From positions 11,534,001 to 11,598,000 of the forward strand of contig NC_087251.1 in assembly GCF_037042905.1 (NCBI RefSeq): a stretch of 64,000 nt of DNA. The letters are read 5' to 3'. The stretch comes from Lytechinus pictus (Eukaryota). The position numbers were made by a program, and so were the translations under genes. The notes beneath the pieces were generated by a model that saw only the letters and a program-made list of their open reading frames with translations, did no database searches and was not told the DNA's origin. Numbering within the stretch: position 1 is the first letter of the stretch; every line of letters begins with the position of its first letter. Positions 51,099 to 63,725 of the stretch are shown here, piece by piece.

Positions 51099-51695
51099 TT
51101 AAAGGACAAGTCCACCTCAACAAAAAGCTGACTTGAATAGATAAAGAAAAATCAAACAAACATAACTCTGAAAATTTCATCAAAATCGGATGTAAAATAA
51201 GAAAGTTATAACATTTTTAAGTTTCGCTTAATTTTTCAAAACAGTTATATGCATATCTTAGTAAGTATGCAAATGAGGGGACCGATGACATCATTCACTC
51301 ACTATTTCTTTTGTATTTTATTTTATGAAATATTTTGATTTTCTCGTCATTGCCTGTGAAACAAAGTTGTCTGTGAAACAAAGTTTCATTCCTCCCTGAA
51401 CACATGTAATTCCATTATTCTCACATTTTGTGATTCGAGCAAAGGGGTACTAATTGTCGAATTCGTAAAAATTGAAATATTGTATTATTCAAACAATAAA
51501 AAACACAAGAAATAGTGAGTGAGTGACATCATCGACTCTCTCATTTGCAAATCACTGAGTTGAGTATAGAACTGTTTTGTGAAAAATAAGCAAAACTTTA
51601 AAATGTCATAACTTTCCTATTTTACGTCCGATTTTGATGAAATTTTCAGCATTATTCATGTTTGATTTTTCTCTATTTATTAAAATCAATTTTTT
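51099..51695. mobile_element. Kolobok-type MITE, right end truncated
   Basis: Starts TTAA-AGGACAAGTCCACC. Inverted paralog of 54054-54664. Confidence 0.75.
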
Positions 51696-53112
51696 CTTTA
51701 CCATATTACTGCCATGTGAACAAAGGAAGCAACTCTGTGGAACAAGTTTATGAGGAAATGAGTAAAATTGTCATTGTCATTTTACATGTGGAAATATAGA
51801 ATTTCTTGTTTTTTTAAAAGAAACTTGGGGCCATGTGACTTCAATTAAACTGGCATCATGAAGAGCTTACATAATTAACCCAAATCAAGGGGGATGGTCA
51901 AGTTTGAAGGATAAAAAGTTGCTTCCCTCCCATGCAGTAGGAACACTCAAGAAGACATCGTGGCCTCGGAGGAAACTTTTTAATTCGAGAGAACTTTGTT
52001 CTGTTGGATCTTCAAAGTCGTTGTTCCCAACTGTTCGGACATAGGCCTATGCAGGATGGAATCTCTGATAGAATGACGTTCATTTTCCGTCGCCATCACA
52101 CCATATAAAAAAAAACGAAGATAAGTGATCAAGACCTGTATGCACACTATAGCTGATTTGGTAAACAAGCAAGAAACTGAATTTGGAAACCGCGCGCAGT
52201 ATACAACACACAATACAACCAGGGAGTCTCCCTGATACAACAGCACGATACAGTATACACAAATCTATGGCTTATGTTGTGCTGCTTTGTGCGATCTGAT
52301 TGATTCTGTAATCCATATACGATAGTCTACGCTTATAAACCCTATTGTAGGTATCAGGGGAAACATACACGATACGATTCATTTCTGATGTTTTTGTGTG
52401 TTTAATTTGATTTCTTTTATCAATTATTTATAACAAAAAGTCCTTTCTTAGGTAACTGATATTCATTTTATCGGTAGATCACACCATATTTCTCAACCGA
52501 GTAATCTTCCCTGCTGTTAACAAAGACTAGCGGCTGAACGGGAGGCGTTTCCACTTTTAACGACTTTCCCTCAAAAATCTGAGGGAGTGACGTCACCGCA
52601 GAGCAACTGGTCTAGACGATTTTTCCTCGGAGTACAGGTTCTCGGTTTTGCGCGCACACTCGGCTGGGCGTACGCACGAAATAGAACGTATTATATCGTG
52701 GTGCAAATAGATTCGTTTAAAATCGTCTAGAACTAGACTAGAATTCATAGCAAAATGGCCGATCGAGACCGAGGGTGTAGGGCGCATGCGCGAATTTCAC
52801 CGAGTCTATATGTGCTAGTGCTATAGCCTCGGTCTCGATCGGCCATTTTGTTTTGAATTTTGAAAGAAGGAGAGCTACCGTGACAGAACTTTTCGTTTTT
52901 TTTAGGTTCCAGTCTGTGCCTCGATGTCAGGATACTGCCACACGATAGACCTTCATCCATATAATCGTGGTAAGTGCATAATTTCTGTTTTCACAATTTA
53001 TTTTGCTAGATATTTTGACCACAATCTACCCTAGTCCCGTGAGTATGGGTAAATACACGGTGAGCTTCTGGGCTCCGGCCTGCTTCGCGGGCCGGAGCTC
53101 TGGGTTAGATTT

Positions 53113-54741
53113 ATCCAAGTCCTCTCGTGGCTGAATTCATATCCCTGCAAAATCTCATGAGTTGTGAGACTTTTTTCTCAAAGAATTTAACCATTTTCTC
53201 CTTGAGTAAAATTGTACCATGGAAAAGAGTCTTTTATATTGGTTATTTCTTTTGAATAAAATGTTATGATAAATAAGTGAATTTCAGGCCTGAAAAGATG
53301 CCTAAAATAAAAGTCAAACAGAATTTTCTTTAGGTTTTCTCTTGCAAATTGTGTAAAATTTTGTGTTTTAGGCACAAACATTATTTATATATATCAGAAA
53401 GCTCAAACTTTGTACTTTCATACAATGTGACTCTTGATACGTGACACCTTTTAGATGGGTCAGCAGCCAGCTTTTTCCATCAAGATGCAAGACATGATTT
53501 CTGAAATTTCTGAGTAGGTCTAGCATAAAATCTATAGTTCTGATTGGCTGAATAAGGTTTCAAAACAACAGGCGTGGGTAATTTGAAGAGATTACCACAT
53601 GGTGAGTGTGACCTTGCTGAGGCCAAGTGTGGAGAACATTGGAATTTGCGTGGGTGTGTGGTCTCTATGACCAATCAGAGCGCCGTATTCTAGTTTTTGA
53701 GCTGCTATTACTTGGCCTATGCAAAGCTGGCTGCTGACCAATCTAACATATCTCTTGTTATAAAAATATAAAAGCTTAGATCTTTAGCTTTATCATAATC
53801 TAAAAATCATTTGGGCTCAAGCAGAAATTAAGTGTAAAAAGAACATTTTTTGTTGCATGAAAATAATTATTTTGTTTCATGTTTTAGATCAAAAGTTTCC
53901 CCTATATTACAACATCTTTTTAAAAAATCCAAACACATGACCTGAAAAAATGATTTTTCTTCTTTATAAAGATACCAAAAACATGAAATTTGGTCAATAT
54001 TTAGAGCAGCAATGGCCGAATAAAAAGAGGTGTTTTGGTCCACACCAAGCTAATTAAAGGTCAAGTCCACCCCAGAAAACAGTTGATTTAAATAAATAGA
54101 GAAAAATCAAACATAAATAACGCTGAAAACTTCATCAAAATTGGATGTAAAATAAGGAAATTATGACATTTTAAAGTTTCGTTTATTTTTCACAAAACAG
54201 TTCTATGCTCAACTCAGTGATATGCAAATGAGAGAGTCGATGATGTCACTCACTCACTATTTCTTTTGTTCTTTATTGTTTGAATTATACAATATTTCAA
54301 TTTTTAAGAATTTGACAATTAGGACCTCCTTGCCTGAACCACAAAATGTTAAAATAATGGAATTCCACGTGTTCAGGGAGGAATGAAACTTCGTTTCACA
54401 TGACATCGACGAGAAAATCAAAATATTTTATATTTCATATAATAAAATACAAAAGAAATAGTGACTGGATGACGTCATCAGTCTGCTCATTTGCATATCG
54501 ACCGGATGTGCATATAACTGTTTTGTGAAATTAAGCGAAACTTTAAAATATTATAATTTTCTTATTTTAAATCCGATTTTGATGAAATTTTCAGTGTTAT
54601 GATTGTTTGAATTTTCTCTTTTTTATTCAAATCAGCTTTTTGTTGGGGTGGACTTGTCCTTTAACAATGCAAAAACACTCTAGTCATGAATATCACTTGG
54701 ATAAAAGCTACTTTTTGAGGGCTTGCTGACCGACTGGGCTA
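53113..54741. mobile_element. Paralog of the 18555-19612 element, interrupted by a Kolobok-type MITE
   Basis: Colinear similarity on both sides of the 54054-54664 insert. Confidence 0.7.
54054..54664. mobile_element. Complete Kolobok-type MITE
   Basis: TTAA-AGGTCAAGTCCACCCCA ... TGGGGTGGACTTGTCCT-TTAA. The empty site, a single TTAA, is visible in the paralog at about 19520. Confidence 0.88.
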
Positions 54742-54989
54742 GATATCCTAGTTCATAGACACAGGCGGATCCAGGGGGGGGGAGGGGCCCGCCCCCCCTT
54801 ATTGGTGGAGGAAAAAAGGAAAGTAAGAAAAAAAAGAGGAAAAAGGATAAAAAAGAAGAGGAGGAAGACGAGTGAATAATGTAGGGTTTAAAACTGCTGC
54901 TGCCAGTTGTAGGGTTTAAAAACTAAACACCTACTTGATGAAAATAAAATAATCAGTTTTAAAACAACAGCATAACTCAGGAACTAAAC

Positions 54990-55568
54990 TTAAAGGGATC
55001 GTTTAACTTTGTGAGCTGCTGATTTAAAAAATTCTCAAACTGAGTTGAAACGTGCGTATGAGTGTCTGTATTTGTCCTCAAAAACCCTGAAACAGACCAC
55101 AATATAGGACGAAAAACTCTAATTTAGATACAAGTAGCAATTTATTAGCCTGATTTTGAGAACCGTCTAGTAGACGGGTTCAGCTTATGACCAGTTTCCT
55201 CCAATTCAAAAAGTCCGTTGGCTATTTTGACTGCCTTATGTTGTGTGTATCTCCTATACACACACTATTAGCTGCACTGTACATTCAGTGTATACCTTGT
55301 ACACACTGTATGTAGGTCATGCTGTGTTCATCTAGAATTAATGTGTTGTGGTGCACATATTCCCTGTATACACATAGTCATTGAAACCAACTCCCAATTA
55401 TTTCAAACTTTGGTTTACATCTCCAAGGTTTTAAAATTGATCCTGTAAATATAATACTCTGAAACTTTTGGGATGGTATTTTTACACTACAAGCCTAATG
55501 TTTAGCCCATTTTCAGGAACCAAAAGGAGAATTTTCTAAATCAGAACAAAGTGAAATGATCACTTTAA
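54990..55568. mobile_element. Kolobok-type MITE, another family
   Basis: TTAA-AGGGATCGTTTAACTTTGT ... ACAAAGTGAAATGATCACT-TTAA. Confidence 0.7.
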
Positions 55569-55742
55569 CAGCAAAACATAACATATCAGGAACAGAAGAC
55601 AGAGAATAACTAAACAAAGAGACTGGATCTGTAGTGTCGTGCATCTGTGTCTCATTGACTCATGCATTCATTAAAATACTCTCTCTATACCTTTGGCCTT
55701 CCTCGGCCCACATCAAAATTGTTGCTACAGTAACAACATTAT

Positions 55743-56328
55743 TTAAAGGGATGGTCCGGGCTGAAAATATATCTTAATACATAAAGTAGAATTCACTGAG
55801 CAAAATGCCAAATATTTCATCAAAATCGGATAACAAATAATAAAGTTATTGAAGTTTAAAGTTTAGCAATATTTCGTGAAAACAGTCGTCATGAATATTC
55901 ATTAGGTGGGCTGATGATGTCACATCTCCACCTTCCGTTTTCTTATGTTGTTACATAAAATCATAATTTTTTCATTATTTCATACTTGTGTGAATAATAT
56001 GTCTCCCTTATAGTGAAATAAGTTGCAGCAATAAATATATAATGCACTTAATCAGTTGTCAATCCAATTTTTCTAGTTCTTGGAGGAAAAACTTTGAATA
56101 AACCTAATTTCATATAATAAAATACAAAAGAATAAGTGGGGATGTGACATCATCAGCCCACCTAGTGAATATTCATGGCGACTGTTTTCACAAAATATTG
56201 CTAAACTTTAAAATTCAATAACTTCGTTATTTGTTATCCGATTTTGATGAAATTTTCAGCATTTTGCTCAGTGAATTCTACTCTATTTATTAAGATATAA
56301 ATATTTTCAGCCCGGACCATCCCTTTAA
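55743..56328. mobile_element. Young Kolobok-type palindromic MITE
   Basis: TTAA-AGGGATGGTCCGGGCTGAAAATAT ... ATATTTTCAGCCCGGACCATCCCT-TTAA, with near-perfect arms of about 190 bp. Confidence 0.9.
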
Positions 56329-56949
56329 ATCATCTAAACACTAACCAATGAAATTAAAGAAAATAGAAGAACCCAACTGAAATGTAGTAATCCATTCATA
56401 ATATAAACCAATGAGGAATAAGATGAAGGTGATAAAAGATGTCTGGGTGATTATGTAATAATGGCATTAGGAACTAAGGAGTCAGGTGAGGGATGGAAAT
56501 GAGTGGAACACCTGAATAGAGAAGGAATGAAGATGACAAAAGAGAATCAGAGGAAAAGAATCCAATGTGGAGAAGGATAAATTAAAACTGAATATAATTA
56601 AACTCAAATAACCTATGTTCAGACTGCAAGGGTAGTGCTGCAGAAATGCAAATGAACTCAAGTCTCGATGGAACAGAAATGTAAAACAGCTGAAGAAAAC
56701 ACAAGTTAAAGAAAATGAACAAAATAGGAAAATTACAAAATATCCATCCTACAAAAAAAAATAAGATGAGGGGAAGAAAAGTTATATGTTAGGTGATTTT
56801 CATATCTTGTTCAATATGGAGTTTAAATATCAAGTTTGGAAGTCAATATACAAAACATATTTCATCTCGGAAATTGAACTTTCATTATTTTGTGTGATTT
56901 ACAAATTGATTTTTTTAAAGTGCTTTGTAAAAATGTCAGTTTTATGGTC

Positions 56950-58300
56950 GGAATATTAACGTTTTCTGCTCGCGCTGCACGCTCGCAAGTTTTTGATTTA
57001 TCAGGTACCTATTTTCGTGTATTCCATAAAGTTTTCAAAATATTCCTTTTCGGGTCTGATTGTCAAAAGGTATCAGCTAGCGCTGCACACATGGCACACT
57101 CACATTTTTATTGGTGAGTTATGTATATGTCTCAATATTGATTATACAGCAAACTACTTAAAATCCCCATTTTCATGACAGTTTATAAAAAATGTTGGTT
57201 CGCAATTTGCGCTCATTAATGGTTATACATCCTATTTATAATTACAAAAGTGCTTGAAATGTCCAGTTTTCATGCCAATATATCAGATTTCGCACCCTCA
57301 TTAGGCATTAATGAATAAGATATTAATTTAATGATTAAATTGTCACGTTTGTTTCATCTCGTGCTTAGCAAGAGGAATAGGAAGATAGTCATCATTTTCA
57401 TATGATGACATGTCCTAAGGATGTCCCGGTCCTATGTCATAACTCAAAGTACACAAATATCAGCTCTTTATTAAGTGCGATCCATATCCATCTCACAATT
57501 TTCCTACAAAGTGCTTGAAATATTATAGAGCTGAAATTTGACTCTTTTTTTCAGATCGGAATATCAAATAGTTTAAGCTCGTGCTTTGCGCTCGCTATGT
57601 TTTTCATGATAAAAGATGTATTCAAAATGCCTAGATTTTATAGCTCCATGGTCTAAATATGAAACAGGTGCACGCAGGAGTCGAGTACCGGTATCTGAAT
57701 AAACATACATGCACCCAGGTACGTTTATTTAGATACTCGACTTGTTCTCTATTTAAATCATTATCCAGTTTCAGATCACAATATCTAAAATTTTCTGCTC
57801 GCGCTTTGTGCTTGCATTATTAATGTAGGAAGATCCCCTATTACTCATTCTTTTCATGATTTACAAAACATGAATAGAGTGTCCCGTTTTGAGGTCTAAA
57901 TCTCGATATTTTTTTTCCGCTCGCGCTTCTCGTCAAAATTTTAAGCTCGCGTTTTGCGCTCGCATTATTTAATTGTTGAAATCTGTAATGTCTTCATGGC
58001 TAAATGCAAGCAGTCCCTATACCTTTTTGATCAGTTCAAAACATATATAAAAATTTTCTGCTCGCGCTTTTCGCTCGCATTATTAATGTAAGGAAGATCC
58101 CCAATTACTCATCCTTTTCATGATTTACAAAACATGAATAGAGTGTCTTCTCGTTCAGTAGGTCTAAATCTCTGAATTTTCCGCTCGCGCTTCGCGCTCG
58201 CATCAATTGTTTAGTTATATACATTTTCTGTTTAAGTTACAAAAAGTGCTTAGAATTTCCATTGTTTAGGTAAAAATGTAAAAAAAATTCAGCTCTGTAC
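56950..58300 (-). repeat. GCGAAGC satellite array in reverse orientation
   Basis: Recurrent gctcgcgcttcgcgctcgcatt units. Confidence 0.8.
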
Positions 58301-59058
58301 CCAAAACTTTATTCACATAACCCACACCACACTTATAAAAACATGAAAATCCTCTCAATGCAGTATGCACGTGTCTTTTTTTTTATGAGGGGGAAGGGGT
58401 TACTTTGGAGATTAACTCATTAAACATGTGATTATAGAAATAAGAGTTCAAAAATATATTTATTTTTTTACTTCTTGGGTTTCAGTGAAAATTGGCAAGT
58501 CTTAATTTATGAAGTGGAATTGCTTTCATGAATGTATGTTGCTGAAAAAGTAACCAAGGTGTTAAAAATATTTAGAAATGGTCCAAAATAGGGCAGAGAT
58601 TGTATTAGATAGTTTCCAGGGCCCTTGAACAGGCCCTAAGGCCTAACCCCTGCTGCAGGGACTTCTTGCTTCACGCTCGTATTGTGTGCTTTCTGCACAT
58701 ATTTTATCCTTCGCGATAGGTTTCAGTTTTTTTTAGGTGACTGAGTGGCATCCCTGATGTACACATTCTGTTAGAATTTGCATTGTTATTTGATGAGAAT
58801 GGCCAATTTCACTGGGAATAAGCACAAATTCAGCTACCCCGTAACAAGGTCTATGATCACTCATTTACTGATTCCTTCACACCATAGAAACAAATAGAAT
58901 TTTTCAAGTGTATTGGTCCTTGTCACAGAATTTATTCAAGACTTACACCCCACTTTATACCTGACAACAAACCACTATATCTCACTCCCATACAATATTG
59001 CAGAATCTCATGAAACATAAATAATTTCCTTTCATCACTATATTTGTTTTATATACAG

Positions 59059-59140
59059 GCACAGTGAAGGGCAGATGAAGTCTTTCTTTGTTGGTGGTCC
59101 AAATGTCAGGAAAGATTATCACATAGAAGAAGGAGAGGAG
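59059..59140 (+). CDS. HAAO: HAAO coding exon 2
   Basis: TACAG|G acceptor and GAG|GTACG donor. 82 nt. Encodes [27 protein letters not shown], with the VGGPN.RKDYH.EEGEE iron-ligand motif. Confidence 0.96.
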
Positions 59141-59881
59141 GTACGGTCTTTTTTTATAAAATGTTGATGAACTCCACTGAAGAAAAAAAAAGATTCTGTA
59201 ATTATTATTTTTTTAAGTTATCCATGTATGTGATATATTTTTGGTGTTGAATAAATTCATTTACCAATTCATTCATTCATTCGCTGACAAATTCTCGTAG
59301 TTTATACTAATGGATCAGTTTTATAATGTATTCTAGGTACATGAATTTGCATAAATATCTGTGTGAAGTCATTATGTTGAAAAACACTACTATTCACAAT
59401 TAATAAATGGTTTGTAAGGGTTAACAGGGGGTTGTGTTGTTAAAATAACCTTCCTAAAAAGTTGTTGATATTACACATTTCACATCATTACATCCAAGAA
59501 ATGGCCATCTATTTTCTAATTTCTTTGAAGTTGTTTTGATATTATAGTTGGAAATGTCAAGAAAATGAAGAATATTCCATTCTTTCTTGACTCTGAAAGT
59601 CAATTATGTGGGACTACAATATGTTGTAATATGTAGTTAATTTTGACCTTTTCAACAAAATAAAATGAAATAAACTATTTAATTTCTTTGCCGGAAGACA
59701 GAAGGGCCCAACTTCATTTATGTGCTAGTTCTCCATTTTCATCACTTCATAGAATCATCCCTGTATTCATGAACAATCTTATGTATTTTTTAACTTTTTC
59801 ATTATAACACTCCTTTTGGTGCAGTAAATATGCAGATTATGAAATCATTATAACCTGTCTGTTGTATTGTTCTATTTTCAG

Positions 59882-59965
59882 CTTTTCTACATGAAGAAGG
59901 GGGATATGTGCCTTAAGGTTGTTGAGCAGAACAAACATAAAGATATTCACATCAGAGAAGGAGAG
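59882..59965 (+). CDS. HAAO: HAAO coding exon 3; the gene continues beyond the window
   Basis: TTTCAG|CTT acceptor and GAG|GTAAC donor. 84 nt. Encodes LFYMKKGDMCLKVVEQNKHKDIHIREGE. Confidence 0.95.
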
Positions 59966-60447
59966 GTAACACAAACTAGACATGTTTATTCAATGTCTTC
60001 CAAATATCCAAGTATACTGGCTTTGTTGCATGTAATTTCATTTATAGTCCAGGCTAGATGAGGCATGAAATTGTTTTTTCATATATACAATAATTTTTTT
60101 ATGTTTTTTTTTTGTCAGTTTGTGTGAGCTGATTACGAATCTGAATGATGCCACTCGTGAAACCTTGAGCATTTTCCGCAAATTGACAAAATCCAATATG
60201 GCCCCCAAAATATGCAAATTACATATGAAAATCATAAAAATTGCCCACACATTGGCTATAAAATGCATGTACATTTAATTGTGTGGCAGGAGTGAAATAG
60301 TCCCTGAAAAAATGATTTTTGACAAAATATTTATATTCTCGATTATATTCAGAATGGCTGCCAGAGACCCCTGTATGCCCTATTATGTAATTATGTACAA
60401 TATGAATGGCGAAAACTAATTTTAACAAAAATGTGCACCATTATGTC

Positions 60448-61500
60448 AAACCCTCGTTGCAGATTCGCCGCACCAGCTCATGCGGTCGTATACCCCGATA
60501 ACAAAATCCTCGGAGGAACCAAGATATTTCATTCCCAAGCACTATCAACCCTGAATCGCCCGATAATCCCTCTTATGTAACATTTCTCCGCAGGCGCAAG
60601 CCCGAGGGTTAGACCATAAACAACAGCTGTGATATTGCATAAGAGCAGCTCTGCCTGTAGTAGGCCTATCGGAATAAAATTATTATTTGATATTTAATCA
60701 AGTTTGCAAAGGCATATTGTATTTTGAAATTCAATGGTAATTTGTTTTCAATTTCGAACGAAGAAAATCGGCCCTGAAAAAAGGATACTGTTAAAGAGAA
60801 TAAAAATGATTGCATGCGCTGGTGGGCCGCAGAGTTTGATTGAATCCTCACGCTGCGTATGCAATAAAGAAAGAAAGATCGAAGCCAAAGGAAGAAAGGA
60901 AGATAGGAGCCGAGGAAGTAAAGAAAGATAGGAGCCGAGGAAGGAAAGAAGAAAGAAAGAATAACATTTAAACAAACAAAAATAAACGTAAAGAAGGAAA
61001 AATAAGAGGAAACACAGAAACGTAAAAGGAGATAGGAAGAGAGACAGAAAGAGAAAGGATCCATGATATTTCATTTCCAAGCGCTAGATCAACCCTGTAT
61101 CGCCGATTATCCCTCTTATCAGGCAAGCCGAGGGTTAGACCATGAACAACAGCTGATATTACGTAAGAGCAGCTGTACCTGTTGTAGGCCTCTCTGAATT
61201 AAATTCTTGTATTTGATATTTAATCAAGTTTTCAAAGGTATATTGTATTTTGAAATCCAATGTTATTCTGTTTTCAGTTTCGAACAAAGAATATGGGACC
61301 CGAAATTAGGAAACTATTAAAGAGAAATGAAAATGACTGCATGTGATGGCCAGCAAGTTTGCTCAAATCGGCGCGCTGCATATGTAATTGCGGATTAGTT
61401 TTTTTTTTCAGACCCATCGTGGTCAAGAAACACATGTTTAGATACTTAAATAACTGGCCTGGGGTGATTTAGGCTTTCCATGGTTCGTAACAGGGGTTAG
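60448..61500. mobile_element. CCC...GGG-ended element with an internal diverged ~330-bp direct duplication
   Basis: 60523-60860 resembles 61065-61385. Ends are aaaccctcgttgc ... gtaacaggggttag. Confidence 0.5.
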
Positions 61501-62433
61501 CCTTCTCCAATGATGGTTTTGCGTCATGCTAAACTGCAAGTAATTGTTATCTATGAAACTGAAGTAATGTATGAAAATCATCATTACTAACAAGATATAT
61601 AATTTATTATGTCATATATGGGATAAATGCTGTATTTTGATATTCAAAATAGCCACCATTGGCCCTAACAGTAGTATATATACAATGGGAATGGGGACCA
61701 AATAATTTACAAGAGTGAGCACTAAAATGGATGTTATTGTGATAAACGAGTGGAATACGAACATAATTGTTAATAAAACATATTATTCAATATACTATGT
61801 TTGTGATAAATGCAGTATTTTTATCTTCAAAATGGCTGCCAAAGGCCTTACAGTATTATGTACAATGTGAAAGAGGGCCAAAGATATCACAAGAGTGAGC
61901 ACTAAAATGCATGTATTTGTGATAAATAAATGGGATATTGTCTACAAAAATATATATTTTTTAACGAATGATATCATGCAGGTTTCATGTTTCTGTTAAA
62001 TACTGTATTTTGACTTTCAAAATGGCCGCCACAGATATTGACTGTATTATGTACAATGCGAACTGGGAAACCAATTTTCACAGGAGTGAACACCATAAAT
62101 GCACGTAATAGTGATCTTTGAGCAAAATATTGTCTGAAGACATGATTTCTAACAAGATATATAATTTCTTCTGCCAGGTCAGTGATAAATACTGTATTTT
62201 GAAAGTCAAAATGGCCGCGACAGGCCCTAACTGTATTATGTACAATGTGAATGGGGACAAATAATTTTAACAGAATTTGGCTTTGCTAAAATGTGTTGTA
62301 TGAGTGAAATATTGTTTGAAAACATGATTTCTAATGAAATTTGCCATATCTTATAGCATTTAGGGGATTTTAATATTTCAAAATTCAAAATGGCCTCCAT
62401 ATATGCCCTTTTGTGAAAATTATCTGTCCCATT

Positions 62434-63077
62434 CCCGGAGGGGCCACTTCCATTGACGAGTGGATACCATGCGCGACCACGGGGTCTTGAAAAGCACCCT
62501 AAACACGTATTTTCCATATTCTGAAAATGCACCCCTTAATAAGTATTGGCGTGTAAAACTAGATACCCTTAACAAGTATTGGAAACAAATACTATTGGCA
62601 AGTATTCCCAGAATTGAGCCCCTAAACAAGTACAGCGATGTATTTTCCATATTCTGAAACGAAATGATACTCTTGGCAAGTATTCCCAGAAATGAACCCC
62701 TAAACAAGTACAGCGATGTTTTGTTGTTGTCACGGGTCCGTCGGTCGTCGGTTTTACCTTTACACACCATTATTATGGTTTAGTACGGCCCCATCTTCCA
62801 TACCTCGCGCAAATCTGACTCTAAACACGTAGTGTTGGGGCAAAAAGGACATCCTTTATAAAACATTTTGATATTGTTTTATCATCCCCGCATATTTGAC
62901 CCTAAACAGGTATATTTTTCCGAGCGAAATAGATACCCTTTTTTCATTATTTTTGTGTTCTTGACACCCTTATCACGTTACGTACGTAGCGCGCCCTATC
63001 TTGAAAAAGACATCCTTTTTATGTGTTTTTTTGGTCGTGCATGGTATCCACTCGTCAATGTAAGTGGCCCCCCCGGG
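62434..63077. mobile_element. Intact 644-bp CCCGG-ended MITE
   Basis: TIR of about 45 bp, CCCGGRGGGGCCACTTMCATTGACGAGTGGATACCATGC. 8-bp TSD GTCCCATT (62426-62433 and 63078-63085). Confidence 0.9.
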
Positions 63078-63369
63078 GTCCCATTCAAATTGTACATTGC
63101 GGCCATTTTCAATTTCAAAATGCAGCATTTATCACCTCAATGACACAAGATCTATATTTCATTAGAAACCATGGTTTTATACAATATTTCACTCTTACAT
63201 CATAATTATATGCAATATTTATAGTCAAGCAAAGCCAAATTCTGTCAATATTATCTGTCCCCAGTTACAATACTCTTATGGCCTATGGCAGCCATTTTGA
63301 ATTTCATAGTACAGCATTAATTACCTTCATGACCAATATGTAATGTATTTAGTTAGATTTTAGGTGGGA

Positions 63370-63725
63370 AACTGTTCGAATCCCAATCACAACAGGTATA
63401 CCCTTGGGCAAGGTATTTTATTCTGATTGTCTAGTCTTTCGGAGGAGACTCTAAGCCGTCGGTCCTGTGTAAGGGAGAGTCACACCATTTGCACGTTAAA
63501 AAACCTACTCCTCTTTTCGTAAAGAGTAGGGAAGTTATCCCGGGGAAGTAGTTAACGTATTAATTTATTACTTATAATCACTTATTTATAATCCTGTTCC
63601 TTTGTAAAGTTGCATTAGGGTAATTTGTACTGTATTATAGTAACCTTTCCAGATTAACTGTCTGACACTTATATGACACGCATGTGTTGATAGTGTCGTT
63701 AATTTTTTATCAATCAATCAATCAA
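63370..63725 (+). mobile_element. tRNA-derived SINE with a Deu/Nin-type central domain, 5'-truncated
   Basis: B-box GTTCGAATCCC, then gtctttcggaggagactctaagccgtcggtcc...gcacgttaaaaaacc...ttcgtaaagagtaggg...cccgg, then a (CAAT)n tail. A reverse fragment of the same core lies at about 50466-50504. Confidence 0.7.

Larger units (their letters stand above)
44541..53108. mobile_element. Candidate 8.5-kb TIR element (TCTAACCC...GGGTTAGA) with nested insertions
   Basis: 44600-44836 is a close reverse complement of 52588-52745 plus 52860-52940. The right end, 52880-53108, matches the arms of the 42675 foldback. Confidence 0.6.

Noticed and set aside
42675..53108. CTAACCC/GGGTTAG termini as telomeric repeats
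   Set aside because: Only single units, with no tandem TTAGGG array.
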